64,000 nucleotides of DNA, taken from the NCBI GenBank assembly GCA_004366205.1, contig SIRW01000054.1, positions 7,990 to 71,989 on the forward strand, read 5' to 3'. Origin of the DNA: Actinomycetota bacterium (GTDB lineage: Bacteria > Actinomycetota > Acidimicrobiia > Acidimicrobiales > CADCSY01). The translations under genes were made by a program, and so were the position numbers. The notes below the pieces were generated by a model. The model did no database searches and was not told the DNA's origin. It saw only the letters and a program-made list of their open reading frames with translations. Positions 1-10,038 of the stretch are shown piece by piece; within the stretch, counting starts at the first letter, position 1, and each line of letters starts with the position of its first letter.

Positions 1-30
1 CCGCCCCCACCGGCCGGCGCCCCCAGCCTG

Positions 31-345
31 TCAGGCGGCGGCGGTCAGCGCACCGGCGGCGACCGACCACAGCGCGGCCCGCAGCCGGGAGGCCTGCGGG
101 CCGCTGAGCCGGTTGGCGGCCACGACGCCCTCGACCATGTCGGCCACGACCGCGGCGAACGGGCGGGAACGGAGCCGCACGGACACGACGGCGGGCTGGC
201 CCCCGGGACGGTGGCGCACGGTGCGGTCGGCGCCCAGCAGGCCCGGGGGGCTGCGGAAGTCGGGGGCCTGCACCCCGTGGCGGCGGCACTCGTCGGCCAG
301 GAGGCGGGCCATGGTGGCGAAGCGGAGCGTGGCCGGCGTGTCCAT
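31..345 (-). CDS. hypothetical protein
   Basis: 104-aa ORF with G/C-rich third codon positions, divergent from the nuclease gene at 354. I recognise no motif. The overlapping ORFs 45..1367(-) and 113..1375(+) look like shadows. Confidence 0.4.
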   Translation of the reverse strand: MDTPATLRFATMARLLADECRRHGVQAPDFRSPPGLLGADRTVRHRPGGQPAVVSVRLRSRPFAAVVADMVEGVVAANRLSGPQASRLRAALWSVAAGALTAAA

Positions 346-353
346 CGACCCGA

Positions 354-1325
354 GTGTCGCACGTGGGTGTAACAGTGGTGCCGGTGGAGGTCGCGCTCAC
401 GCCCGCCCAGCAGGACGTGCTCGACCGCCTGCGCGCCGCGGGCCGGCCCCGGCCCGTCGTGGACCCCGAGCTGCGCCACGAGGTGCGCACCCGGCTCCAG
501 CAGGCCCTGGCCCCGCTCACCGCCGACGTCGGGCCCGAGCCGCTCTTCGTGAACAAGGGCGTCCTCGCCCGGGTCCACGCGTGCGAGGCCCACCACGTCG
601 CCGTCGCCGCCGAGCCGTTCGTGTGGACGATCCCCGCCGCCCGGGGGGTCGTGGCCCACAAGGCCATCGAGCTGTCGGTGCACGTCAAGGGCTCCCCGAC
701 GCCCCTCGAGCTCACCGACCGGGCCGTCGAGCGGCTCGCCGACGACGCCGGGGACCTGGCTGCGTTCCTCCGCGACCTCGACGACGTGGCCCGGGCCGAG
801 CTGCGGGCCGAGGTGAACGACCTCGTCGCCCGCTTCACCGAGCTGTGGCCACCGCTCAGCAAGGCGTGGCGCCCGGTCACCGAGGCGCGCCTGCGCGCCG
901 AGCTGTGCGACGGCCGCGTCCAGCTCGCCGGCAAGGTCGACCTCACGCTCGGAGGCGCCCGGGGAACCGAGGCCGGCAAGCTCGTCGTCGACCTCAAGGC
1001 CGGGGCGCCCCACGCCACCCACCTCGACGACCTGCGCTTCTACGCCCTGCTCGAGACGATGGTCGTCGGGGTGCCCCCGTTCCGCCTCGCCACCTACTAC
1101 CTGGCGTCGGGCGACCACCGGGCCGAGGACGTCACCGAGCACGTCCTCGAGGCGGCCATCCGTCGCACCCTCGACGGGGTCCGCAAGCTGGTCGAGTTGC
1201 GCCTGGGGCTCCGGTCGCCCGCGGTGACGCCGAACCCGGCGTGCGGCTGGTGCCCGGCCCGCCACGGCTGCGACGGGGCCCGGCGGTGGGGCGGGCCCGA
1301 CGGCGACGACCTCGACCTGCCGTAG
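354..1325 (+). CDS. PD-(D/E)XK nuclease, Cas4/RecB-like with 4-Cys cluster
   Basis: Track ORF 354..1325 with a GTG start. It has a KVDL...VVDLKAG (D...DxK) core and an RFYALL tyrosine motif. One N-terminal Cys (HACEAH) plus a C-terminal CGWCPARHGC matches the Cas4/AddB-type Fe-S arrangement. Confidence 0.7.
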   Translation: MSHVGVTVVPVEVALTPAQQDVLDRLRAAGRPRPVVDPELRHEVRTRLQQALAPLTADVGPEPLFVNKGVLARVHACEAHHVAVAAEPFVWTIPAARGVVAHKAIELSVHVKGSPTPLELTDRAVERLADDAGDLAAFLRDLDDVARAELRAEVNDLVARFTELWPPLSKAWRPVTEARLRAELCDGRVQLAGKVDLTLGGARGTEAGKLVVDLKAGAPHATHLDDLRFYALLETMVVGVPPFRLATYYLASGDHRAEDVTEHVLEAAIRRTLDGVRKLVELRLGLRSPAVTPNPACGWCPARHGCDGARRWGGPDGDDLDLP

Positions 1326-1375
1326 CCCTGCCCGACCGGGAACCCGCAGGGGCCGGCCGTCTAGCATCGACGCCG

Positions 1376-2263
1376 ATGCCCGCCCCCGAGCCGCCCGTCG
1401 ACCTGGACACGGCCGAGCACGGCGCGCTCGTGCACCTCCCCCGGGTCACCGACGACGCCGCCGTCCCCACCGACCCCCGCCGGTCCGACGTCGACGAGTG
1501 GGGCCGCTCCGAGCGCATGCGCGCGCTCGCCCGCCAGCTCTACGACCCCGTCTACCGCCACCTGTTCCGGGCCGAGTGGGAGGGCCTCGACAAGATCCCG
1601 ACCGACGGCGGCGCCCTGCTCGTCGCCAACCACGCGGCGGCGATCCCGTCCGACGCGCCCGTCATCATGCACGGCATCGAGACCGAGCTGCAGCGCCCCG
1701 TGTACGGCTTGGCCGACAACCTCTTCAAGAGCCTGCCGTTCGTCGGCACCATGTGGTCACGGGTCGGGGGGGTGACCGCCCACCCCGACAACGCCTACCG
1801 GCTGCTGCGGGAGCAGCACCAGCTGGTGCTCGTCTTCCCCGAGGGGAGCAAGGGACCGGCCAAGCACTACTCGCAGCGCTACCGGCTGCGGCGCTTCGGG
1901 CGGGGCGGGTTCGTCGAGATCGCCATGCGCGCCGGGGTGCCGGTCGTGCCCATCGCCGTGGTCGGCGCCGAGGAGTCGATGCCGATCCTGCTGAACATCC
2001 CCCAGCTGGCCAAGGCGTTCGGCCTCCCCTACGCCCCGATCACCGCCAACCACCTGCTGTTCGGCCCGCTGCTCGGCTCGATCCTCTACCTGCCCGCCAA
2101 GTTCAAGCTGCGGGTGCTCGACCCCGTGCACTTCGACATCGAGCCCGACCTTCCCCGCTACTCCAAGAGCCGGGTGATGGACGAGGCCGAGGCGATCCGC
2201 CAGCAGATCCAGGAGGCGCTCTTCGACATGCTCCGCACCCGCGAGAGCGTGTGGTTCGGCTGA
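1376..2263 (+). CDS. lysophospholipid (1-acyl-sn-glycerol-3-phosphate) acyltransferase family protein
   Basis: In-frame ATG at 1376 inside track ORF 113..2263. PlsC-family blocks are present: LLVANHAAAIPSD, FPEGSKG and PVVPIAVVGAEE. The upstream part of the ORF is an Arg/Pro-rich shadow. Confidence 0.8.
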   Translation: MPAPEPPVDLDTAEHGALVHLPRVTDDAAVPTDPRRSDVDEWGRSERMRALARQLYDPVYRHLFRAEWEGLDKIPTDGGALLVANHAAAIPSDAPVIMHGIETELQRPVYGLADNLFKSLPFVGTMWSRVGGVTAHPDNAYRLLREQHQLVLVFPEGSKGPAKHYSQRYRLRRFGRGGFVEIAMRAGVPVVPIAVVGAEESMPILLNIPQLAKAFGLPYAPITANHLLFGPLLGSILYLPAKFKLRVLDPVHFDIEPDLPRYSKSRVMDEAEAIRQQIQEALFDMLRTRESVWFG

Positions 2264-3312
2264 TGGGCCGGCGCGTCCTCGTCACCGGGCTGGGCACGTT
2301 CTGGGGCGGGCGGGTGGCTCAGGCCCTCGAGCGCGACCCGTCCGTCGAGGTGATCGTGGGGCTCGACAGCTACGAGCCCAGCGTGCCCTTGGAGCGCACC
2401 GAGTACGTCCGCGCCGACGAGAGCTACTCGATCCTCGCCCGCATCGTGCGCGCCGCCCACATCGACACGGTCATCCACACGTTCCTCGTCGTGGACTCCA
2501 CGATGATGAGCAGCCGCAAGATGCACGAGATCAACGTCATCGGCACGATGAACCTGCTGGCGGCCGCCGGGGCGGCGGGCAGCACCGTGCGCACCGTCGT
2601 GGTGAAGTCCTCGTCGCTGGTCTACGGCGCCCAGCCCGAGGATCCCGTCTGGTTCCGCGAGCAGACCCCCCGCAGCAAGCCGCCCCGCACGAGGGTGGAG
2701 CAGTCCCTGCTCGAGGTCGAGGGCTACCTGCGGGACTTCGCCGAGGACAACCCGCACGTGCTCGTCACCCTGCTGCGCTTCTCGAACGTCCTCGGCCCCG
2801 AGCTGACCACCCCGCTCAGCCGAGCCCTGGAGCTGCCGCTGGTCCCGGCGGTGCTGGGCTTCGATCCGCGCTTTCAGTTCGTGGCCACCGAGGACGTGAT
2901 CCGCTCGATCCTGTTCGTGCTCGACCACGAGGTCCCAGGCCTCTACAACGTCGCCGGCGACGGCCTGCTGCCGTGGAGCGAGGTGGCGGCCATCTGCGGC
3001 AAGCGCCAGTTCTTCCTGCCGCCCTACCTGACCGGCGTCGCCACCGCCCCGATGAAGACGCTCCGCATCTGCGAGCTGCCCCCCGAGACGATCGACCTGC
3101 TCAAGTACGGGCGGGGCATCGACAACCGACGGCTGAAGCGAGCCGGCTTCCGGTACGAGTTCACCTCGGCGGGCGCCGTCGAGCGATTCGCCCAGGCGGT
3201 CCGCCTGCGGGGCACCGTCGGCGACCACGAGCCCCAGTACCGCTACCAGCGCGACGTCGAGGCGTTCTTCCGCCACTCGCCCGCCGTCGTCAGGGAGGAG
3301 CCCGCCCCGTGA
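2263..3312 (+). CDS. NAD-dependent epimerase/dehydratase family protein
   Basis: ATG at 2263 overlaps the preceding TGA (TGATG). N-terminal Rossmann motif RVLVTGLGTFWGGRV. The rest of track ORF 1498..3312 upstream is shadow. Confidence 0.8.
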   Translation: MGRRVLVTGLGTFWGGRVAQALERDPSVEVIVGLDSYEPSVPLERTEYVRADESYSILARIVRAAHIDTVIHTFLVVDSTMMSSRKMHEINVIGTMNLLAAAGAAGSTVRTVVVKSSSLVYGAQPEDPVWFREQTPRSKPPRTRVEQSLLEVEGYLRDFAEDNPHVLVTLLRFSNVLGPELTTPLSRALELPLVPAVLGFDPRFQFVATEDVIRSILFVLDHEVPGLYNVAGDGLLPWSEVAAICGKRQFFLPPYLTGVATAPMKTLRICELPPETIDLLKYGRGIDNRRLKRAGFRYEFTSAGAVERFAQAVRLRGTVGDHEPQYRYQRDVEAFFRHSPAVVREEPAP

Positions 3313-4061
3313 GCCAGGTCCGCACCGAGACCCGCGACGGCGTCGCCGTCGTCACCCTCGACGACCCCGACCGGCGCAACGCCCTCAACCTCGACATGGT
3401 CGGCGAGATCTCCGCCACGTTCGACCGGCTCGAGGCCGACGAGTCCATCGGCGCGGTGGTCGTCACCGGCGCCCCGCCCGCCTTCTGCGCCGGGGCCGAC
3501 CTCGGCAACCTGGGCGAGGCCACCAGGGACAGCCTGAAGGCGATCTACGAGGGCTTCCTGCGGGTGGGGCGCTCGCCCCTGCCGACGATCGCGGCGGTGA
3601 ACGGCGCGGCCGTCGGCGCGGGGATGAACCTGGCGCTGGTGTGCGACGTACGGCTCGCGGCCCGCCGAGCGAGGTTCGACACCCGGTTTCTCGACCTGGG
3701 CCTGCACCCCGGCGGCGGTCACACCTGGATGCTCCGCAACGCCGTGGGCCCCCAGGCGGCGGCGGCGATGGTGCTGTTCGGCCAGGTCCTCGACGGCGAG
3801 GCGGCCGAGCGCGCCGGGCTGGCGTGGCGCTGCGTCGACGACGACGCCCTGCTCGACGAGGCCGTGGGCCTGGGCGCCCGGGCGGCGTCGGGGCCGCGCG
3901 AGCTCGCCGCCGAGGTGAAGCGCACGATGGCGGCCATGGCCGCCATCGACGAGCACCCGCAGGCGGTCGAGCGCGAGCTCGACCCGCAGGTGTGGTCCGT
4001 GCGCCAGCCCTGGTTCGCCGAGCGCATCGCCGCCCTCCGAAAGAAGATCAGCAGCCGCTGA
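3309..4061 (+). CDS. enoyl-CoA hydratase/isomerase family protein
   Basis: GTG at 3309 forms a GTGA overlap with the upstream stop. Crotonase signatures [16 protein letters not shown] and [19 protein letters not shown] are present. Confidence 0.85.
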   Translation: MSQVRTETRDGVAVVTLDDPDRRNALNLDMVGEISATFDRLEADESIGAVVVTGAPPAFCAGADLGNLGEATRDSLKAIYEGFLRVGRSPLPTIAAVNGAAVGAGMNLALVCDVRLAARRARFDTRFLDLGLHPGGGHTWMLRNAVGPQAAAAMVLFGQVLDGEAAERAGLAWRCVDDDALLDEAVGLGARAASGPRELAAEVKRTMAAMAAIDEHPQAVERELDPQVWSVRQPWFAERIAALRKKISSR

Positions 4062-4094
4062 GCCCCGGCCCGCCGCGCCTGGCAGGATCTCGGG

Positions 4095-5189
4095 GTGGAC
4101 GGCACCCGTCCGGCGCGCGACGGCCGCACCCGCTACGCGCTCGTGGGAGCCGGAGCGCGTAGCCACGATGTACCTCGACGCCGTGTGCGGCACCTACGCG
4201 GACCATCACGAGCTGGTGGGGCTCTGCGACGTGAGCGCGACCCGCATGGCGTTCCACAACAGCCGGCTCGACCACAAGTACGGCGTTCGGGCCCCGGCCT
4301 ACGACGAGGCCGGGTTCGACCGGATGGTGCGCGAGACGGGCGCGCAGGTCGTGATCGTCACCAGCGTCGACGCCACCCACCACCGCTACATCGTCCGGGC
4401 GCTCGAGCTCGGCTGCGACGTGCTCACCGAGAAGCCCATGACCACCACAGCCGAGTCGGCGCGGGTGATCCTCGAGACCGCCGAGCGGACCGGCCGGTCG
4501 GTGCGCGTGTGCTTCAACTACCGCTACATCCCGGCCTTCACGAAGCTGCGCGAGCTCGTGGCGGGCGGCGCGGTCGGCGAGCCCACCCTCGTCGACTTCC
4601 AGTGGATGCTCGACACCCGCCACGGCGCCGACTACTTCCGGCGCTGGCACCGGGAGAAGGAGCAGTCCGGTGGCCTGCTGGTGCACAAGGCCAGCCACCA
4701 CTTCGACCTGGTCAACTGGTGGCTCGGCTCGTACCCCGACACGGTGCACGCCTTCGGCGCCCTGCGCTTCTACGGCCGCGCCAACGCCGAGGCCCGGGGC
4801 GAGGCGCGCGACTACGACCGCTACACCGGGGTCGCCGCCGCGGCGGGCGACCCCTTCGCCCTGTCGCTCGACAGCCACCGGTTCCTACGGGGCCTGTACC
4901 TCGACGCCGAGGCCGAGACCGGCTACCTGCGCGACCGCAACGTGCTCGGTGACGGCATCACCGTGGAGGACACCATGGCCCTCACCGCCCGCTACAAGCG
5001 CGGCGCGCTGCTGTCGTACTCGCTGGCGCCCCCGGCCCCGCGCCCGACCCGTTCGGGCGGGCGGCGTCCGCGGTCGACGGCGCCGCCTCGGTCGCGCTGG
5101 GCGCCGCCGCCAACCGCTCGATCGAGACCGGGGCGCCCGTCCGCTGCGACGACCTGGTGCCCCTGCCTTCGGGCCCGGCTTCAGGCTGA
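4095..5189 (+). pseudogene. Gfo/Idh/MocA family oxidoreductase, disrupted (two frameshifts plus internal deletion)
   Basis: The N-terminal Rossmann segment [11 protein letters not shown] is in the frame of ORF 4095. The body MYLDAV...EKPM...FNYRY...GADYFRRWH...[15 protein letters not shown] is in the frame of ORF 4168. The C-terminal segment [37 protein letters not shown] returns to the 4095 frame from about 5028 and stops at TGA 5187-5189. The block normally following ...SYSL is absent. Confidence 0.7.
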
Positions 5190-5198
5190 AGGGCGCGC

Positions 5199-6275
5199 TC
5201 AGGTGACCTCGCCGGCCCCGGGCGATGGCCGGGCCACGAAGGCGGGCCGCGGCGCCACGGCCCGGACCACCCCGCCGGCGTGCTCGGCGGCCACGAGCGC
5301 CACCACCACCCCACCGAAGCCGCCGCCCGTCATGCGGGCGCCCGCGACCCCCGGCAGCGCCACCAGGGCCGCGACCAGGTCGTCGACTGCGGGGTGGCTG
5401 GCCTCGTAGTCCTCGACGTCGGAGCGGTGGCTCTCGGTGAGGAGCGCGCCGGCGGTGACCACGTCCCCGGCGTCGAGCGCCGCCACGACCCCGCGGACCC
5501 GGGCGATCTCGGTCACCACGTGCCGGCAGCGCCGGTGGGCGACGGGGTCCACCGGGGCCAGGGCGTCGACCTGACCGGGCTGGGCGTCGCGCAGCGACCG
5601 CAGCGCCGGGTCGTCCCGGCGCAGGATGCCGAGACCCCGCTCGACGTCCTCCCGGCGCTCGGCGTATCTGCCGTCGCCGAGCCGGCGGCGCACCCCCGAG
5701 TCGGCCACGACCACACGGTGCGTCCCGGGGATCGGGACCGGGCGGTGCTCGAGCGACCGGCAGTCAAGCAGCAGCGCCCCCGTGGGGCTGCCCAGGATGG
5801 CCACCGCGGGGTCCATCAGGCCCACGGGCACGCCGGCGTCGACCTCGGCCCGCTGGCAGAGGAGAGCCAGCTCGAGGGGCGGGACCCGCAGGCCGGCGAC
5901 GGTGCAGAGGGCTGTGGCGACGGCCACCGTGAGCGCGGCCGAGCTCGAGAGGCCGGCGCCCGCCGGCACGGTCGACGTGACGGCGCCCGCGAAGCCGACC
6001 GGTGGCCGGTCGAGCTCCGCGAGCCCGCGGACGACGCCGGCCACGTACCGGCCCCACCCCGGGCCGCCGCCGGGCCCCGGCCCCCCCGACCCGTCGGCGG
6101 GGAGGTCGACCACGCCGGGCTCGCCGCCGCTCATGAGCCGCACGCGGTCACCCCCGGCCTCACCCGTCACCTCGGTCGCGAGGTGCAGGGCCATCGGGAG
6201 GACCAGCCCCTCGTGCACGTCGACGTGGCTGCCGATCAGGTTCACCCTGCCGGGCGCCCGAAAGCGGCGGGTCAC
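5199..6275 (-). CDS. galK: galactokinase-like GHMP kinase
   Basis: [14 protein letters not shown] (galactokinase signature, variant), GHMP motif [12 protein letters not shown] and motif [14 protein letters not shown] start at 6275. Confidence 0.75.
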   Translation of the reverse strand: MTRRFRAPGRVNLIGSHVDVHEGLVLPMALHLATEVTGEAGGDRVRLMSGGEPGVVDLPADGSGGPGPGGGPGWGRYVAGVVRGLAELDRPPVGFAGAVTSTVPAGAGLSSSAALTVAVATALCTVAGLRVPPLELALLCQRAEVDAGVPVGLMDPAVAILGSPTGALLLDCRSLEHRPVPIPGTHRVVVADSGVRRRLGDGRYAERREDVERGLGILRRDDPALRSLRDAQPGQVDALAPVDPVAHRRCRHVVTEIARVRGVVAALDAGDVVTAGALLTESHRSDVEDYEASHPAVDDLVAALVALPGVAGARMTGGGFGGVVVALVAAEHAGGVVRAVAPRPAFVARPSPGAGEVT

Positions 6276-6303
6276 GACGAGCCGGCCCGGCCCGCGGGCG
6301 CGC

Positions 6304-6966
6304 TCACCGCTCGGGATCGGGGTAGACCCACTCGGCGAGGAGCTCGCCGCGGCGCTCCTGCCACTCCTCGACGGTGATGGCGTAGCGGATGTGGTCCTCC
6401 CACACGCCGTTGATCTCGAGGTAGCGCTGGGCCAGACCCTCCTCGCGGATCCGCAGCTTCTCGACGACCCGCCGGCTGGCGTGGTTGCGGGGGATGATGG
6501 CGATCTGGAGCCGGTGCAGGCCGAGCTCCTCGAAGGCGAAGCGGCAGATCACCACGACGGCCTCGGGGGCGTAGCCGTGGCCGGCCTGGGCCTCGTCGAT
6601 CCAGTACCCCACGTACGCGCTCTGGAGCGGGCCCCGCTGCACGGAGTTGATGTTGATCTCCCCGGCGAACCGGGGGCCCACGAAGATCCCGTAGCCGTAG
6701 CCGGTGCCGAGCTGGCGCTCGCGATCGCGTGCGCGGCAGCGGGCGGCGAAGGCCTGCCGGTCGGTCGCCACGTCGGGCGCGCCGGGCGGACGCCGCGGCT
6801 CCCACGGCACCAGCCAGTCGCGGCTGCGCACCCGCACGTCGCGCCACTGCTCGAAGTCGGCGGGCTGCAAGGGGCGCAGCGTGACGCGCCGGCCGCGCAG
6901 CAGCTCGCTGCCCCTCCCGGGACGGGGTCCCGGCTCGGGCCAGGGGTGCCGGCGCTCCTGGCGCAC
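6304..6966 (-). CDS. GNAT family N-acetyltransferase (RimJ/RimL-like)
   Basis: VTLRPLQPADF...Q..G.GYA-type core (EAQAGHGYAPEAV), then FEELGLHRLQIAIIPRNHASRRVVEKLRIREEG. Confidence 0.75.
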   Translation of the reverse strand: MRQERRHPWPEPGPRPGRGSELLRGRRVTLRPLQPADFEQWRDVRVRSRDWLVPWEPRRPPGAPDVATDRQAFAARCRARDRERQLGTGYGYGIFVGPRFAGEININSVQRGPLQSAYVGYWIDEAQAGHGYAPEAVVVICRFAFEELGLHRLQIAIIPRNHASRRVVEKLRIREEGLAQRYLEINGVWEDHIRYAITVEEWQERRGELLAEWVYPDPER

Positions 6967-6967
6967 G

Positions 6968-8899
6968 TCAGCGCCCCGCCGCCACCCGGACCGCCTCGAC
7001 GGCAGCCGGGTCCTCGAGGGCCGACAGGTCGCCGGGGTCGTCGCCCACGACGGCGGCGCGGATGGCCCGGCGCAGGACCTTGGCGTTGCGCGTCTTCGGC
7101 AGCGCCGGGGTGAAGCGCACCGACGCCGGGCGGAACGCCCGGCCGAGGCGCTCGGCGACGAGGTCGGCCAGCTCGCCGGCCAGCCGGTCGCCGGGGTCGG
7201 CGCCCGGTGCGGGCACGACGAAGCACCACAGGGCCTCGCCCTTCACCTCGTCGGGCACGCCGACCACGGCGGCCTCGACCACGGCGTCGTGGTTGACGAG
7301 CACGGTCTCCACCTCGGCCGGTCCGATGCGCTTGCCGGCCACGTTGATCGTGTCGTCGCTGCGGCCGTGCAGGTACCACTGCCCGTCGACGACCGACGCC
7401 CAGTCCCCGTGCACCCAGACGTCGGGCCAGCGGCTCCAGTACGTCTCGAGGTAGCGCTCGGGGTCGCCGTGCAACCCGCGGGTCATGCCTGGCCACGGCT
7501 TGGTGCACACGAGCTCACCGACCTCGCCCCGCACGGGCCGGCCGTCGGCGTCGAACACGTCGACGGCCATGCCGAGGGCGGGCCCGCCGAGCGACATCGG
7601 TCGGATCTCCTGCACGGGGTGGGGGGCCAGGAAGCACGCCCCCACCTCGGTGCCGCCGGAGATGTTGATGACCGGGCACCGGCCGCCGCCGACCACCTCG
7701 AAGTACCAGCGCCAGGGCGCCTCGTTCCACGGCTCGCCCGTGGAGCCGAGCACGCGCAGGGCCGACAGGTCGTGGGCCCGCACCGGCCCGTCGCCGTGGG
7801 GCATGAGGGCCCGCACCAGGGTGGGGCTGATGCCGAGGATGCTCACCCGGTGGCGTTCGAGGAACGCCCACAGCCGGTCAGGGCCGGGGTGGTCGGGCGC
7901 ACCTTCGTACAGGGCGAGGGTGGCGCCGTTGGCCAGGGCGCCGGTGACCTCCCAGGGGCCCATGATCCAGCCCATGTCGGTGAACCAGAACAGGGTGTCG
8001 TCGGGGGTGCAGTCGGTCTGGAAGGCCGCCTCCTCGGCCACCTTCACGGTCCAGCCCCCGTGGACGTGCACGGCCCCCTTCGGCCGCCCGGTGGTGCCCG
8101 AGGTGTAGGCGACGAACAGGCGGTGCTCGCTGTCGACGCTGCGGGCGGCGACGGGCTCGGCGGCCGGACCCGGCCACGCCACCTCCCGGGCGTCACCAGA
8201 TCGGGCGCCGTCGCCGAGGCGGGGGATCACCACCAGCGTGTGCAACCCCGGCACCGACGCCGCCGCCAGGCGGGCCGTGGCTGCCATGGGCACGACCGAA
8301 CCCCTTCGGTGGAAGCCATCGGCGGTCACGAGCGCCACGGCCCCGGCGTCCTCGAGCCGCACGGCGACGGCCTCGGCCGCGAACCCGCTGAACAGCGGGA
8401 GGAACACGGCGCCCAGCTTGGCCACGCCGAGCAGAGCGGCGACGGTCTCGGGCAGCATGGGGCAGTAGACCCCGACGGGGTCACCCTCCCCCACACCCCG
8501 CTCGGCCAGGAGGGCGGCGAGGCCGTCGGCCTGGGCCCGCAGCTCGGCCCACGTCCACCTCCGCACGGCGCCGTCCTCGCCCTCCCACACCACGGCGAGG
8601 TCGCCGGGCCGGGCCGCAGCGTGGCGGTCGCAGCAAGCGGTCGCCATGTTGAGCCGGCCCCCGGTGAACCACCGGGCCCAGGGGATGCCGGCGCTGGTGT
8701 CGAGCACCCGCGTGTAGGGGGTGTCGAAGGGGATGCCGAGGTGGGCGACCACGGCGTCCCAGAACCACTCGGGATCTTCGATGCTGCGCGCCAGCAGGTC
8801 GTCGAAGGATTCGATGCCGTGAGCGGCCATGAACCGCCCGACGTTGGTGCCGGCGGCGAAGTCGGGCGCCGGCTGCCACCCCCAGGTGGGGGTGGTCAC
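6968..8899 (-). CDS. AMP-forming acyl-CoA synthetase (acetyl-CoA synthetase family)
   Basis: GTG at 8899 forms a GTGA overlap with the upstream stop. It has the AMP-binding motif YTSGTTGRPKG, then GEPWN, GGTE and the C-terminal LPKTRNAKVLRR. The upstream 270 codons of track ORF 6968..9709 overlap the aminotransferase out of frame. Confidence 0.85.
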   Translation of the reverse strand: MTTPTWGWQPAPDFAAGTNVGRFMAAHGIESFDDLLARSIEDPEWFWDAVVAHLGIPFDTPYTRVLDTSAGIPWARWFTGGRLNMATACCDRHAAARPGDLAVVWEGEDGAVRRWTWAELRAQADGLAALLAERGVGEGDPVGVYCPMLPETVAALLGVAKLGAVFLPLFSGFAAEAVAVRLEDAGAVALVTADGFHRRGSVVPMAATARLAAASVPGLHTLVVIPRLGDGARSGDAREVAWPGPAAEPVAARSVDSEHRLFVAYTSGTTGRPKGAVHVHGGWTVKVAEEAAFQTDCTPDDTLFWFTDMGWIMGPWEVTGALANGATLALYEGAPDHPGPDRLWAFLERHRVSILGISPTLVRALMPHGDGPVRAHDLSALRVLGSTGEPWNEAPWRWYFEVVGGGRCPVINISGGTEVGACFLAPHPVQEIRPMSLGGPALGMAVDVFDADGRPVRGEVGELVCTKPWPGMTRGLHGDPERYLETYWSRWPDVWVHGDWASVVDGQWYLHGRSDDTINVAGKRIGPAEVETVLVNHDAVVEAAVVGVPDEVKGEALWCFVVPAPGADPGDRLAGELADLVAERLGRAFRPASVRFTPALPKTRNAKVLRRAIRAAVVGDDPGDLSALEDPAAVEAVRVAAGR

Positions 8900-10002
8900 C
8901 GCCCGAGCACCTCGGCCAGGGCGGCGAGCAGCAGGGCGACGTTGCGGGGGCGGGCGGTGTGCCCCATGCAGCCGATGCGCCACGTCCGGCCGGCGTACTC
9001 GCCCAGGCCGCCGCCGATCTCGATCCCGTGCCGCTCGAGCAGGGTGCGGCGCACGCCGGCTTCGTCGAGGCCGGGCGGCAGCACGTCGTCGGGTACCCAC
9101 ACCGTGGTGAGCTCGGGCAGGCGGTGGCCCTCCTCGGCGAACAGCTCGAGGCCCAGCTTCTGCAAACCGTCCTGCAGGAGCCGCCCGCACTCGGCGTGGC
9201 GGTGCCAGACCTCGTCGAGACCTTCGGCCAGCACCGCCCCGAGCCCGGCGTGCAGGGCGTACACCATCGAGACGGGCGCCGTGTGGTGGTAGGTGCGGGC
9301 GCCGGTGGCGCCGGCGTAGCGGGCGATCATGTTCAGGTCGAGGTACCAGGAGCGGGGACGCTCCACGATGCGCTCGCGGGCCCGCTCGCTGACGGTGAGT
9401 GGCGCCAGCCCGGGCGGGACCCCGAGGCACTTCTGGGTGCCGCTGTAGGCGATGTCGACGCCCCAACCGTCGGTCTCGACGGGGATGCCCGCGAGCGACG
9501 TGACGCAGTCGACCAGCAGGAGGGCGTCGCCCTTGCCGGCCCCGAGGGGCTCGATGTCGTTGCGGACGCCGGTGGAGGTCTCGGCGTGGACCACGGCGAT
9601 GATCGCCGGTGCGGGGTGGGCGTCGAGCACGGCCTGCGGGTCGAGGGCCCGACCCCACGGCGCCTCGACGCGCACGACCTCGGCGCCACAGCGGGCGGCC
9701 ACGTCGCACATGCGCTCGCCGAACAGGCCGTTCACCCCCACAACGACGGGGGAGCCGGGCTCGACCCAGTTGACGAACGCCGCCTCCATGCCCGCAGAGC
9801 CCGTCCCGCTGACCGGGATCGTGAGCTGGTTCTTGGTGCGGAAGACCTGCCGGAGCCGCTCGCAGGTGTCGTCGAGGACGTCGATGAACTCGGGGTCGAG
9901 GTGGCCGAGCACCGGCCGGGCGAAGGCCTCGGCGACCTCGGGGTAGGGGTTCGACGGGCCGGGGCCCATCAACACGCGGTCGGTCCGGGGCATGCGGCGC
10001 AT
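8896..10002 (-). CDS. class V aminotransferase (alanine-glyoxylate / serine-pyruvate type)
   Basis: N-terminal LMGPGPSNP, then SGTGSAGMEA, and the PLP-lysine context YSGTQKCLGVPPG. An alternative start MPRTDRV lies at 9993. Confidence 0.8.
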   Translation of the reverse strand: MRRMPRTDRVLMGPGPSNPYPEVAEAFARPVLGHLDPEFIDVLDDTCERLRQVFRTKNQLTIPVSGTGSAGMEAAFVNWVEPGSPVVVGVNGLFGERMCDVAARCGAEVVRVEAPWGRALDPQAVLDAHPAPAIIAVVHAETSTGVRNDIEPLGAGKGDALLLVDCVTSLAGIPVETDGWGVDIAYSGTQKCLGVPPGLAPLTVSERARERIVERPRSWYLDLNMIARYAGATGARTYHHTAPVSMVYALHAGLGAVLAEGLDEVWHRHAECGRLLQDGLQKLGLELFAEEGHRLPELTTVWVPDDVLPPGLDEAGVRRTLLERHGIEIGGGLGEYAGRTWRIGCMGHTARPRNVALLLAALAEVLGR

Positions 10003-10038
10003 GCTACCGACGGCCGCCCGGCGCCGCCGCGGCGCGGG

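Noticed and set aside
6704-9292. An 862-aa ORF on the plus strand. Similar very long ORFs include 45..1367(-), 5626..7113(+), 8959..10995(+), 10004..11623(-), 31716..33905(-), 33668..36805(-), 36823..38946(-) and 47638..50832(+).
   Set aside because: They are antisense or off-frame to genes with clear family motifs. They are Arg/Pro/Gly/Ala-rich with no recognisable domains. This is the classic shadow-ORF behaviour of DNA above 70% GC.
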